Part shown: piece by piece, positions 1 through 8,086 of the stretch
How positions within the stretch are numbered: the stretch's first letter is position 1
How the letters are laid out: each line of letters begins with the position of its first letter
Source: Bacteriovoracaceae bacterium
GTDB taxonomy: Bacteria; Bdellovibrionota; Bacteriovoracia; Bacteriovoracales; Bacteriovoracaceae
Length of the DNA: 15,726 nucleotides
Direction: 5' to 3'
NCBI GenBank assembly: GCA_049599895.1
Contig: JBMYPC010000071.1
Location: 1 to 15,726 of the forward strand
Translations under genes and position numbers: made by a program
The notes under the pieces: model-generated
What the model was told of the DNA's origin: nothing
Database searches by the model: none
What the model saw: the letters and a program-made list of their open reading frames with translations, nothing else

Positions 1-65
1 AGGTTGAACCAAGACGTCAGTTTGTGGAAGAGAATGCACTGAATGTGCGTAACCTTGTTTATTAA
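1..65 (+). CDS. gyrB: DNA gyrase subunit B, C-terminal fragment (5' truncated by window)
   Basis: Frame from nt 3 reads VEPRRQFVEENALNVRNLVY*, matching the GyrB C-terminal pattern VEPRR.FIE.NA...NLD; lies immediately upstream of gyrA. Confidence 0.93.
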   Translation, partial: VEPRRQFVEENALNVRNLVY

Positions 66-109
66 AAAAATTAAAGATTCGAATTCGAGATAGATAAAGA
101 GAATAAATT

Positions 110-2596
110 ATGGATGAAAATAATACTGAAGAACCAAGAAACAATGTAGAGCCGGTCTATCTTAAAGATGAGATGAAAAGCTGTTATCTCGACTATGCAA
201 TGTCGGTTATTGTTGGTCGTGCCCTACCAGATGTTCGTGATGGACTAAAGCCAGTTCACAAACGTGTTCTGTTTGCTATGCATGACCAAGGAAACTTTCA
301 TAATAAACCCTTCTTAAAGTCTGCCCGTATTGTTGGTGAAGTTATTGGTAAGTATCACCCACATGGTGATAGTGCGATTTATAATACAATTGTTCGTATG
401 GCCCAGGATTTCTCTCTTCGTTATCCACTTGTTGATGGCCAGGGGAACTTTGGATCGATCGATGGTGATAACGCTGCGGCGATGAGGTACACCGAAGTTC
501 GAATGAATAAGATGGCCGAAGAACTCTTAAAAGATCTTGATAAAGATACTGTTGATTGGAAGCCAACTTATGATGACGCTCGAATGGAGCCGACAGTTCT
601 TCCATCAAAAATTCCTAATCTTCTTTTAAACGGAAGTGCTGGTATCGCCGTTGGTATGGCCACCAATATTCCCCCCCATAATATTACTGAAGTTATGGGG
701 GCTCTTACTCACTTAATTGATAATCCAAACGCTGAGGTTGTCGACCTTATGCAGTTTATTCAAGGACCAGATTTTCCAACTTATGGATCAATCCAAGGCA
801 CTGAAGGAATAAAATCAGCTTATCTTACTGGTAAAGGTGTTATCCAAATTAGAGCCGAAGTTGATATCGAAAATCATGGTCGTTCAGGTGATAGAGAAAG
901 AATTGTTATTACTGAACTTCCTTATCAGGTGAATAAAGCAAGACTTATCGAAAAGATTGCTGATCTTGTAAATAATAAGCAACTGACAGGAATCTCTGAT
1001 ATCCGTGACGAATCATCGAGAGAGGGAATCCGAGTTGCGATTGATCTTAAAAAAGGTGAAATTGGAAACGTTATCGTTAATCGCCTTTTTAAGCATACTC
1101 AGCTTCAAGTTTCATTTGGAATTATTTTTCTTTCAATTTCTAATGGCACACCAAAGGTTATGAACCTTAAAGAGATGCTGAACTGTTTTATTGATCACAG
1201 ACGTGAAGTTGTCATTAGAAGAACAGTTTTTGATCTTAATAAGGCCAAGGCCAGAGCTCATATCTTAGAAGGTTTAAAAACTGCAGTTGAGAATATTGAT
1301 GAGATTGTTGAGCTGATTAAAAAATCTCAAGGTCCTAAAGAAGCTAAGACTCAGTTAATGGGTCGTTTTGAATTATCTGAAATTCAGGCCCAAGCTGTTC
1401 TTGATATGAGACTTCAGAGACTGACAGGTCTTGAACGAGATAAAATTATTAAAGACTACGAAGAAGTCATGGCACTTATTCGAAGACTTGAAGAAATTCT
1501 TGAAAGCGAAGAGCTTATCCGCGGAATTATTAAAGATGAATTCCAAGAAATCGTTGAACAGTACGGTGACGAAAGAAGGACAAAAATCGTTGCTAACGCT
1601 GATGAAATCCAAATCGAAGATCTTGTGAAAAAAGAAAACGTTATCGTTACGGTAACTCACAAGGGCTATATTAAAAGAATGGAACTTGATACCTATAAAA
1701 CCCAAAAGCGTGGGGGGACAGGTGTTAAAGGTGCGATTAATAAATCATCTGATGAAGATTTCTACAGAGATATTTTTGTCGCTAACACTCACGATGATAT
1801 TCTCTTTTTTACAAGTCGAGGAACCGTCTTTAGTAAGAAAGTTTATATGATTCCTGAGGCGACAAGAACTTCTAAAGGAAGAAACTTAGCAAACCTTATT
1901 CAAATTCCAAGTTCCGAAAAAATTAAAGAAATTATTTGTATTCCAAATGATCAAGATACAGAAGGAAGATTTCTTTTCTTCGCTACTCAAAATGGTCTTG
2001 TGAAAAAATCAGCTCTTTCTGATTATAAACGAATTAAACAATCTGGACTTAAAGCAATTAAGATTCAAGACGGTGACTCACTTTTAAATGTAAGAGTTTC
2101 TGACGGATCAAAAGATGTTCTTGTTTGTGCAACTTCAGGAAAGATTATCCGATTCTCTGAAGAAGATTGCCGTCCGATGGGTCGAGTTTCTCAAGGTGTG
2201 AAGGGGATTACACTTGAGGGAGATGAGAAAGTTATCGGAATGGAACTTATTGATGATGGAATTGAGATCTTAACTGTAACGGAAAATGGTTATGGTAAGA
2301 GAACTCAGGCTTCTGAATACAGAAAACAATCTCGTGGCGGTAAAGGGATTATCGCGATGAAGCTTACTGAGAAAAATGGTCTTATCTCGACTATTAAACC
2401 AGTGACTGAAAAAGATGAACTCATGATCATCACTAATACTGGTCAGGTGATTCGAACTAAAATCAGTGGAATTTCTCTTCTTGGAAGGGCCACTCAAGGG
2501 GTGAGAATCATTAAACTTAAGGCAAACGAGCAAGTCGTTGCAGTTGAAAAAATTGCAGATGAAGAAAATGTTGAAACCGAAGAAATCCAGTCTTAA
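110..2596 (+). CDS. gyrA: DNA gyrase subunit A
   Basis: 828 aa with YAMSVIVGRALPDVRDGLKPV, GKYHPHGD, AAMRYTE (catalytic Tyr), GyrA-box QKRGGTG, beta-pinwheel repeats and an acidic tail. Confidence 0.99.
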   Translation: MDENNTEEPRNNVEPVYLKDEMKSCYLDYAMSVIVGRALPDVRDGLKPVHKRVLFAMHDQGNFHNKPFLKSARIVGEVIGKYHPHGDSAIYNTIVRMAQDFSLRYPLVDGQGNFGSIDGDNAAAMRYTEVRMNKMAEELLKDLDKDTVDWKPTYDDARMEPTVLPSKIPNLLLNGSAGIAVGMATNIPPHNITEVMGALTHLIDNPNAEVVDLMQFIQGPDFPTYGSIQGTEGIKSAYLTGKGVIQIRAEVDIENHGRSGDRERIVITELPYQVNKARLIEKIADLVNNKQLTGISDIRDESSREGIRVAIDLKKGEIGNVIVNRLFKHTQLQVSFGIIFLSISNGTPKVMNLKEMLNCFIDHRREVVIRRTVFDLNKAKARAHILEGLKTAVENIDEIVELIKKSQGPKEAKTQLMGRFELSEIQAQAVLDMRLQRLTGLERDKIIKDYEEVMALIRRLEEILESEELIRGIIKDEFQEIVEQYGDERRTKIVANADEIQIEDLVKKENVIVTVTHKGYIKRMELDTYKTQKRGGTGVKGAINKSSDEDFYRDIFVANTHDDILFFTSRGTVFSKKVYMIPEATRTSKGRNLANLIQIPSSEKIKEIICIPNDQDTEGRFLFFATQNGLVKKSALSDYKRIKQSGLKAIKIQDGDSLLNVRVSDGSKDVLVCATSGKIIRFSEEDCRPMGRVSQGVKGITLEGDEKVIGMELIDDGIEILTVTENGYGKRTQASEYRKQSRGGKGIIAMKLTEKNGLISTIKPVTEKDELMIITNTGQVIRTKISGISLLGRATQGVRIIKLKANEQVVAVEKIADEENVETEEIQS

Positions 2597-3380
2597 AACC
2601 AATCTTTTAATTTTCATTGCAGGCCTGATGATTCAGGCCTGTGATTTTACTCCACCCATTAATAAAGAAATTCTTAGCGCTCAAGAGCTTATTAAAGAAA
2701 ATGCTTATGAAGAGGCAGTGAAGAGTTATTTTAAGATTTTAAAGAAAAATCCTAATAACGATGTCCGGGTTAAGATAAATTACCAAATAGGGGATCTCTA
2801 CTCGATTTATCTTTCAGATATCGAAGAGAGCTTAAGTTATTACGAGGAAGTCATAAAGATTGCCTTTGATCAAAGATGGAAACAAAAAGCACAACAGAGG
2901 CTAGCTGATCTCTATCTCAACCATCTAAAAGATAATGTTAAAGCAGAAAATCTTTATCGAGACCTTTTAAATGCCGAGAGTGACGAAAAAAATAAGGCCC
3001 TTTATCGCTATCGAATTGCCTTAGCAAACTACAATGACTTTGATTTTAATAAGGCCAAGCCTATCTTTGAAAAACTCTCAAAAGAAAACTTTGGGGGCTA
3101 TACTCTTAAATCTTTTTATTATTTGGGAATGATTGAGTTTTATAAAGAAAACTGGAAGGCCGCAATACGCTATCTTGAAATGTATGTAAAAAGAGAGAAT
3201 AAAAGAGAAGAACTTATTCAAGCTAAATTTATTCTCGCGAATGCTTTAGAATCGAGAGAAAACTTAAATAAAGCTTACGATCTTTATTATTCAATTCTTC
3301 CTGAATATCCCAATACTCAAGTCATTAAAGATAAGCTTAAGGCGATTTATAATCGTAGGCTTGCAAGAAAGAGAAACTAG
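2568..3380 (+). CDS. Tetratricopeptide-repeat lipoprotein
   Basis: Likely start is ATG 2568 (MLKPKKSSLKTNLLIFIAGLMIQA-C, lipobox-like). Repeated TPR-like helices (YQIGDLY, YRIALANY, YYLGMIEF, FILANALE, EYPNT). Overlaps the gyrA 3' end by 29 nt. Confidence 0.8.
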   Translation: MLKPKKSSLKTNLLIFIAGLMIQACDFTPPINKEILSAQELIKENAYEEAVKSYFKILKKNPNNDVRVKINYQIGDLYSIYLSDIEESLSYYEEVIKIAFDQRWKQKAQQRLADLYLNHLKDNVKAENLYRDLLNAESDEKNKALYRYRIALANYNDFDFNKAKPIFEKLSKENFGGYTLKSFYYLGMIEFYKENWKAAIRYLEMYVKRENKREELIQAKFILANALESRENLNKAYDLYYSILPEYPNTQVIKDKLKAIYNRRLARKRN

Positions 3381-3382
3381 TA

Positions 3383-3994
3383 ATGAAAATTCTCTTCTGT
3401 TTTATTTTTTTTATTTTGACTTCATGTGAATTAAATCAAAAAAATAATTTTATGAAACCCAAGGCTATTGATAAAAAAGGGGAAGTCTTTGTTCATCAAG
3501 CATCGGGTTTTAAAATTCCAACAAACCTCGAAAGCCTTTTTAGGCTAAATGTTATCGCCTTCAATTCAGATCATAGCAACATTGGAATAGGTTATTCGGG
3601 GAAAGAATCAAAAATACCAATTGAGGTCACTGCTTATTTTTATCCAGCTAAAAAAGTTTCAACAGCAGATCTAGTTGATTCGGTCGCAAAAGCGAAAAAA
3701 GAAGGATCTTGCTCCAATGAAATAAGTTCAAGTGATGCAACGATACGAATGTATAATCAACAATTGAAATTATTAAAAAGAGAAAAGTATTCTAAAATCA
3801 ATTGGCGAAATCAGAAGTTAGTGACAAATCGTTTTTATTACGATGTGCTTGGCACAAAAGGAAAGTCTCTTCTTTCTCATTACTGTCCTCTTAATTCTTC
3901 TTGGATGCTAAAGATTAGAGCGAGTTATCATAAAGATTTTCCTGGTGATGAGTTTCTTAAAAGATTTGAAAAGAAGCTTCTTGAGGCAATATGA
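3383..3994 (+). CDS. Uncharacterised lipoprotein
   Basis: 203-aa ORF starting 2 nt after the previous stop; N-terminus MKILFCFIFFILTS-C is a clear lipoprotein signal. Confidence 0.75.
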   Translation: MKILFCFIFFILTSCELNQKNNFMKPKAIDKKGEVFVHQASGFKIPTNLESLFRLNVIAFNSDHSNIGIGYSGKESKIPIEVTAYFYPAKKVSTADLVDSVAKAKKEGSCSNEISSSDATIRMYNQQLKLLKREKYSKINWRNQKLVTNRFYYDVLGTKGKSLLSHYCPLNSSWMLKIRASYHKDFPGDEFLKRFEKKLLEAI

Positions 3995-4503
3995 AACTTG
4001 TTATTCCTAGTGGTTTTGTCCCACCTCAGTCTCTAGAGTTTAAGGATCTTAAATTAGAAGTTTTAGCTCCTGTTCATAATGAATTGGATTATGAGGCTTG
4101 GACTGGATCGAAAGAAGGTCTTAGAGGAGTTTTTGGTCCGGATAATCCTTGGCCTTTTAATGTTTCAAACCTTGAGAGTAATAAAAAAGATCTTCAAATG
4201 CATCTTGATGAGTTCGAAACGGGAATAGCTTATACTTATACAATTTTAACTTCTAAGAAAGATAAGTGCTTCGGTTGTCTTTATATTCGGCAATCAAAAA
4301 ATAAAGACTACGAATGCCGAGTGGATTTTTGGTTCATTGATTCAGTAAGGGATGAGTACTCTGAAGCCTTTTTTGATTTTCTTAAAACTTGGCTTCAAGA
4401 CAAATGGAGTTTTTCGAGGGTTGCTTTTCCGGGAAGAACAGTGAGTTGGGACAAATATCTGGGCAGGGTTCAGTCCTTGCAGAACCCATTAGACCCTACA
4501 TAA
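3991..4503 (+). CDS. GNAT-family N-acetyltransferase-like protein
   Basis: ATGA overlap with the upstream gene. Motifs LEVLAPVHNELDYEAW, YTYTIL...CFGCLYI, VDFW and WL...W.F..VAFPGR resemble a RimJ/RimL-related GNAT subfamily. Confidence 0.7.
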   Translation: MKLVIPSGFVPPQSLEFKDLKLEVLAPVHNELDYEAWTGSKEGLRGVFGPDNPWPFNVSNLESNKKDLQMHLDEFETGIAYTYTILTSKKDKCFGCLYIRQSKNKDYECRVDFWFIDSVRDEYSEAFFDFLKTWLQDKWSFSRVAFPGRTVSWDKYLGRVQSLQNPLDPT

Positions 4504-5804
4504 TGAAAAATTCCGCCATCAAGGTTATGAGATGAATAGGTCGATTTCTTAGCAGCGTCCTTCATAAATTCTTTTGGAAAAAAAGATTCACCATTTTTTG
4601 CAAAATACATTCTTGTCAGTTGGTCAAAAGCCGCTCTATTAGGGTTATCGAGAAGACTCTGAATGGTCATAAATTGAGCTTTCTCTGCAAAGTTCATTGA
4701 TCTTAAGAAATCATCTTTCACTTTATTGAGTTCATCAATTTCCATTTGATTAATGGCCTTCTTATCAATTCCTTCCCAGGTGCCAGACTTATTGCCAATG
4801 GCCTTCGTAAAATAGATTAACAGTCTGGCATTGAGAGTCTTAATAAAATCATTGGCCTTCCGTCTTGAGTATGAATCTTTAATCTCTTCGACGGCTTCAA
4901 AATAAGCATCTGTGACAAAGTTAGCAGGAAATCTTTTATCAAGACCCGCTAATGCTAGAGCATCGATAATTCTTTCAGTACAATGTTTAAAAAGTGGTTT
5001 TCCCGGAGTGTAGCTTTTTTTGAGTTCTTCGACAGATTGATCAGACAGAGTTTTTCCAAAATTTCCCATTAAATTTTCGTAGGCATAGAGCTCAACCATA
5101 CCCGTATCAAAAGTAATATTATTAAAGGCAAAATTTTGTAGAGCTTGAGAGAGGGAGCCAAGAAGTTGGCTTCTGTTATTTAACTCTCTTCTTAAACGAA
5201 GGATATGATATTTTGAATCTTTAAGACCCTGGTTCAAATGATAACCGGAACCATATGAAGAGGTATTAAAGACTCTTGCTTTGAAGCTTTCATCTTCAAA
5301 ACGCCCATCATATAATTCTGTCTTCAGTTCTGGATCAGATAAGATGTAACTAAGGAGAAACTGTTGATAAGATTTTCCTGATCCAGACAATCCTCCAGCA
5401 AAACCTCCACGACTTTCAATTTCTGTTTCAAACTTTTTAATCTCATCCTGAGTAAGATCCATGTTTAAAAGGGATGCTCCCTTACTATCCATTAAATGAA
5501 CTTGATTGTTAGAAGATCGATAAACCATGGCCACATGACTATAACCAGAGCTCAGTCTACCAATAACATTATCAAGTGATGAAGGCTCTGCCTCCGTTTT
5601 TGGATTAACAAAGATAATAAGGTCACCCGTTTCAAGTTCACTTAAAGTGTCTTCAAATTGAACGATCTTTTGTCTTCTTTCATATTTTTCATTCCAAAAT
5701 TGAATTTTAGAATCGAAGACTTTTTGTTTACAGGTGTAAGCTGAAAAAGCTTGAACTGAAGTAAGTAAAGAACTTGCTATAAGCACTGATCTTAAAGATT
5801 TCAT
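4470..5804 (-). CDS. Secreted permuted papain-like NlpC/P60 (YiiX/YebB-like) cysteine hydrolase, expanded
   Basis: Signal peptide (MKSLRSVLIASSLLTSVQAFS). LETGDLIIF, YSHVAMVY (His90), HLMDS (Asp106) and HCTERI (Cys275) give the His-before-Cys order of permuted NlpC/P60 enzymes. Confidence 0.65.
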   Translation of the reverse strand: MKSLRSVLIASSLLTSVQAFSAYTCKQKVFDSKIQFWNEKYERRQKIVQFEDTLSELETGDLIIFVNPKTEAEPSSLDNVIGRLSSGYSHVAMVYRSSNNQVHLMDSKGASLLNMDLTQDEIKKFETEIESRGGFAGGLSGSGKSYQQFLLSYILSDPELKTELYDGRFEDESFKARVFNTSSYGSGYHLNQGLKDSKYHILRLRRELNNRSQLLGSLSQALQNFAFNNITFDTGMVELYAYENLMGNFGKTLSDQSVEELKKSYTPGKPLFKHCTERIIDALALAGLDKRFPANFVTDAYFEAVEEIKDSYSRRKANDFIKTLNARLLIYFTKAIGNKSGTWEGIDKKAINQMEIDELNKVKDDFLRSMNFAEKAQFMTIQSLLDNPNRAAFDQLTRMYFAKNGESFFPKEFMKDAAKKSTYSSHNLDGGIFHYVGSNGFCKD

Positions 5805-5898
5805 AAATTTTCGCCCAAAAAATTGAGTTGAAACCTTTTATCATTTTGTGCGGTGAATTAAAAGAGGGTCTGAAAAGAGTACTCTCTTATAAAACTAT

Positions 5899-5932
5899 GT
5901 ACTTTCAATAACTTGTATTGATGGGAAAGTAC
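5899..5932 (-). terminator. Possible terminator or stem-loop downstream of the 5952..6752 gene
   Basis: GTACTTTC (5899-5906) / GAAAGTAC (5925-5932) perfect 8-bp inverted repeat, followed on the minus strand by ATAGTTTT. Confidence 0.35.
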
Positions 5933-5951
5933 TTAATAAGCCAAAGTTCTA

Positions 5952-6752
5952 TCAAAGAGACCTGAGAATTGTTGAAAACTCCCTTAAGATCACTGGCTTT
6001 CGCATGATCTGAATATGGGCGTATTTATCAGGGAGATTAAGAAGATGGTTTTCAGCTCCGTTAAGGTCTGAGCCAAAAATTCTCGCTTTCCCTAGTGGCT
6101 TAATCACTAGAGAATCTCGATCATTTTCTTGATAATAATTAATCCATTTTGTTCCAGGAGGAAGAGGCTTAAAATCAAGGGGAACTGAAGAAACTGTTCT
6201 GTCGCCCTTTAAGAGAAACTCAGAAATTTCATTAGCGATATCCTGATAAACTGGATCAACAGTCAGTCCAAGCTCAACGGGGATTTTCTTTTGAGTTAAG
6301 TAATGAGCAAATCTAATAGCCGCATCTCCACCATGGCTGTATCCCATTGAAACGATCTTTATTTCAGAATCGATTTTTCTTAATCTTTGAATACACTTCA
6401 AAGCTTTCTTATGGCCTTTTTTACTAAAGTAAAGCCAATTGAAATCAAGCTTTCGATTAACAAGTTTTGAAACAAGCTCAAGAGCGAGGGCACCGCTCAT
6501 GTTTCCTTTAGCATCTCTAAGTTTACCAGTTTCGCGAAATCTTTTTTCTGCCTTTGGCGCATATCCACCCATACCTTCAAATGCCATAACGACGATTTGT
6601 GATTTCTTAAGATCAACAAGGGCTTCACACTTTGATGAAGAGATAAAACTTTCCTCTTTTTCCTGAAGTTCTTCAGTGAAATCGACTTCGATAGTTTGAG
6701 CAGATACAGAAAATGATAATAGTGTTATGAAAAATAAAGCGATGAGCTGCAT
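5952..6752 (-). CDS. Secreted alpha/beta-fold hydrolase (lipase/esterase-like)
   Basis: Signal peptide MQLIALFFITLLSFSVSA; nucleophile elbow GYSHGG; LTVDPV, WINYYQ and a C-terminal candidate His (AHIQI). Confidence 0.75.
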   Translation of the reverse strand: MQLIALFFITLLSFSVSAQTIEVDFTEELQEKEESFISSSKCEALVDLKKSQIVVMAFEGMGGYAPKAEKRFRETGKLRDAKGNMSGALALELVSKLVNRKLDFNWLYFSKKGHKKALKCIQRLRKIDSEIKIVSMGYSHGGDAAIRFAHYLTQKKIPVELGLTVDPVYQDIANEISEFLLKGDRTVSSVPLDFKPLPPGTKWINYYQENDRDSLVIKPLGKARIFGSDLNGAENHLLNLPDKYAHIQIMRKPVILREFSTILRSL

Positions 6753-6883
6753 AGGAATTTCCCTTAAAAGTTTTGATAATCGTATTTCAAAAAATAGGGA
6801 TTTGAAAATCTAAAGCAGTCTAAGTTTAATGATGTTAGAAATTATTCTTCATTAAAATTGTAATTCGAGGTTTAATACAAATA

Positions 6884-7084
6884 ATGAAACCAAAAAAACA
6901 AAGTTGGCTCGCTATAATGGGGATTGCCCTCAGCCTCCCTACTGCAATTTTCGGTATGGCCTATGGAATTTTCCTACTCGCGGATATGGGCTATATCAAT
7001 AAGGGTGTGGGGATTCTAATCCTGATCATTTTTGTTTTTAATGCCTTTTACCTTATGATTCGTCACGCTCGAAAGGATAAATAG
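6884..7084 (+). CDS. Small two-TM membrane protein, AtpZ/AtpI (ATP synthase gene 1)-like
   Basis: 66 aa, two hydrophobic helices separated by a Gly/Asp loop (LADMGY), basic termini, first gene upstream of atpI-atpB-atpE; strong GAGG SD at ~6867. Confidence 0.6.
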   Translation: MKPKKQSWLAIMGIALSLPTAIFGMAYGIFLLADMGYINKGVGILILIIFVFNAFYLMIRHARKDK

Positions 7085-7168
7085 CTTCGTTTGTAGCACC
7101 TTTTGCCTATAGTTATCGTTACTTAATCAATACTGTACTTAAAGGCTAATTTAACCGATTAGCTTTTT

Positions 7169-8005
7169 ATGAATAGGGTTTTTGCCTCACTCTTTTTATT
7201 TTTTGTTCCTTTGATTCTTTTCAGTCTTTTTGGGCCTGAAGTTGAAAATGGGCGTTCACCAAGTCAGGTGGTGAACGAGAACTGCTTAATTAAAATTCAT
7301 GGTGGAATTGGTTTAAGAAATCTTAGAACTTTTGGAGAGATTAAAGAGGGAACAACGAATAAGGCCACTGTTTATATTCATGGAATTAATAAAGGTTTTG
7401 AAGAATTTAAAGAAGCTCACAATAGTTTAAGACCAAGCGATACAGCAATATTTGTTGATTATCGCAAAGAGATGGAACTTCTCTACGAAATAGGAAAGGG
7501 CAAAGATCAAGACCAAATTGAGAAGGTCCTCAATGATATTGTTAATAAAATTCTCGATGGTTTCTCAGTTATCGGTGATGATGTCGATATCATTGAAGTT
7601 GAGTCTTACTCTATGGGCGGGCCATTGGCGGATCTTGTAATTTCAAGGCTTCCTAAAGATTTAAAATCAAAGGTAAAAATTTTAGTTCAAAGAAGTCCTG
7701 CTTATGGCACACATAAAATCATAAAAAGAACGGTGACTATGGGAATTGAAGAAGCAATTTCAAAGTCTGCAATCATTGAAACTATTTCTGATATGGCCAC
7801 TAAGGAATTTGATCATAGTGTTAAAACATTTATTTACTCGTCAAAAAATGAAAAGCTTGTGGGAATGGATTACATCGAAGAGCGAGCAAGAAAAACAAAT
7901 TCTGAAGTTGTGATCCTTGAGGCTGATAAAAAAATCATGCACGACGATCTCATTGAATATTCTTTAAATGATCCCAATTATCAAAAAAATGTACTGGGGC
8001 GTTAA
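7169..8005 (+). CDS. Secreted or membrane-anchored alpha/beta-fold hydrolase
   Basis: N-terminal hydrophobic segment; VYIHGIN (oxyanion region), ESYSMGG (nucleophile elbow), RSPAY, SKNEKLV (acid position), MHDD (His position). Confidence 0.7.
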   Translation: MNRVFASLFLFFVPLILFSLFGPEVENGRSPSQVVNENCLIKIHGGIGLRNLRTFGEIKEGTTNKATVYIHGINKGFEEFKEAHNSLRPSDTAIFVDYRKEMELLYEIGKGKDQDQIEKVLNDIVNKILDGFSVIGDDVDIIEVESYSMGGPLADLVISRLPKDLKSKVKILVQRSPAYGTHKIIKRTVTMGIEEAISKSAIIETISDMATKEFDHSVKTFIYSSKNEKLVGMDYIEERARKTNSEVVILEADKKIMHDDLIEYSLNDPNYQKNVLGR

Positions 8006-8020
8006 GCTCAGGACTTTCAC

Positions 8021-8050
8021 TTGTAATACAATCCTTTTTCGCTATATAAG
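8021..8050 (+). promoter_or_regulatory. Possible sigma70-type promoter for atpI-atpB-atpE
   Basis: TTGTAA (8021-8026) followed 16-18 nt later by TATATA/TATAAG (8043-8050). Confidence 0.3.
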
Positions 8051-8086
8051 CATTCAATTCAAAAATTTTTTTTATTTTGATTCGCT

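Noticed and set aside
79..88. Palindrome TCGAATTCGA between gyrB and gyrA
   Set aside because: 10-bp palindromes are expected by chance in a window this size.
2538..2567. ORF-track start 2538 for the TPR protein
   Set aside because: TTG start deep inside gyrA; ATG 2568 gives a proper lipoprotein signal.
342..2617. ORFs 342..608(-), 1373..1705(-), 1431..1628(+), 2270..2617(-)
   Set aside because: Antisense or off-frame shadows of gyrA with no recognisable motifs.
2620..2641. Tandem CAGGCCTG repeat
   Set aside because: Two 8-mers in coding sequence; no array structure.
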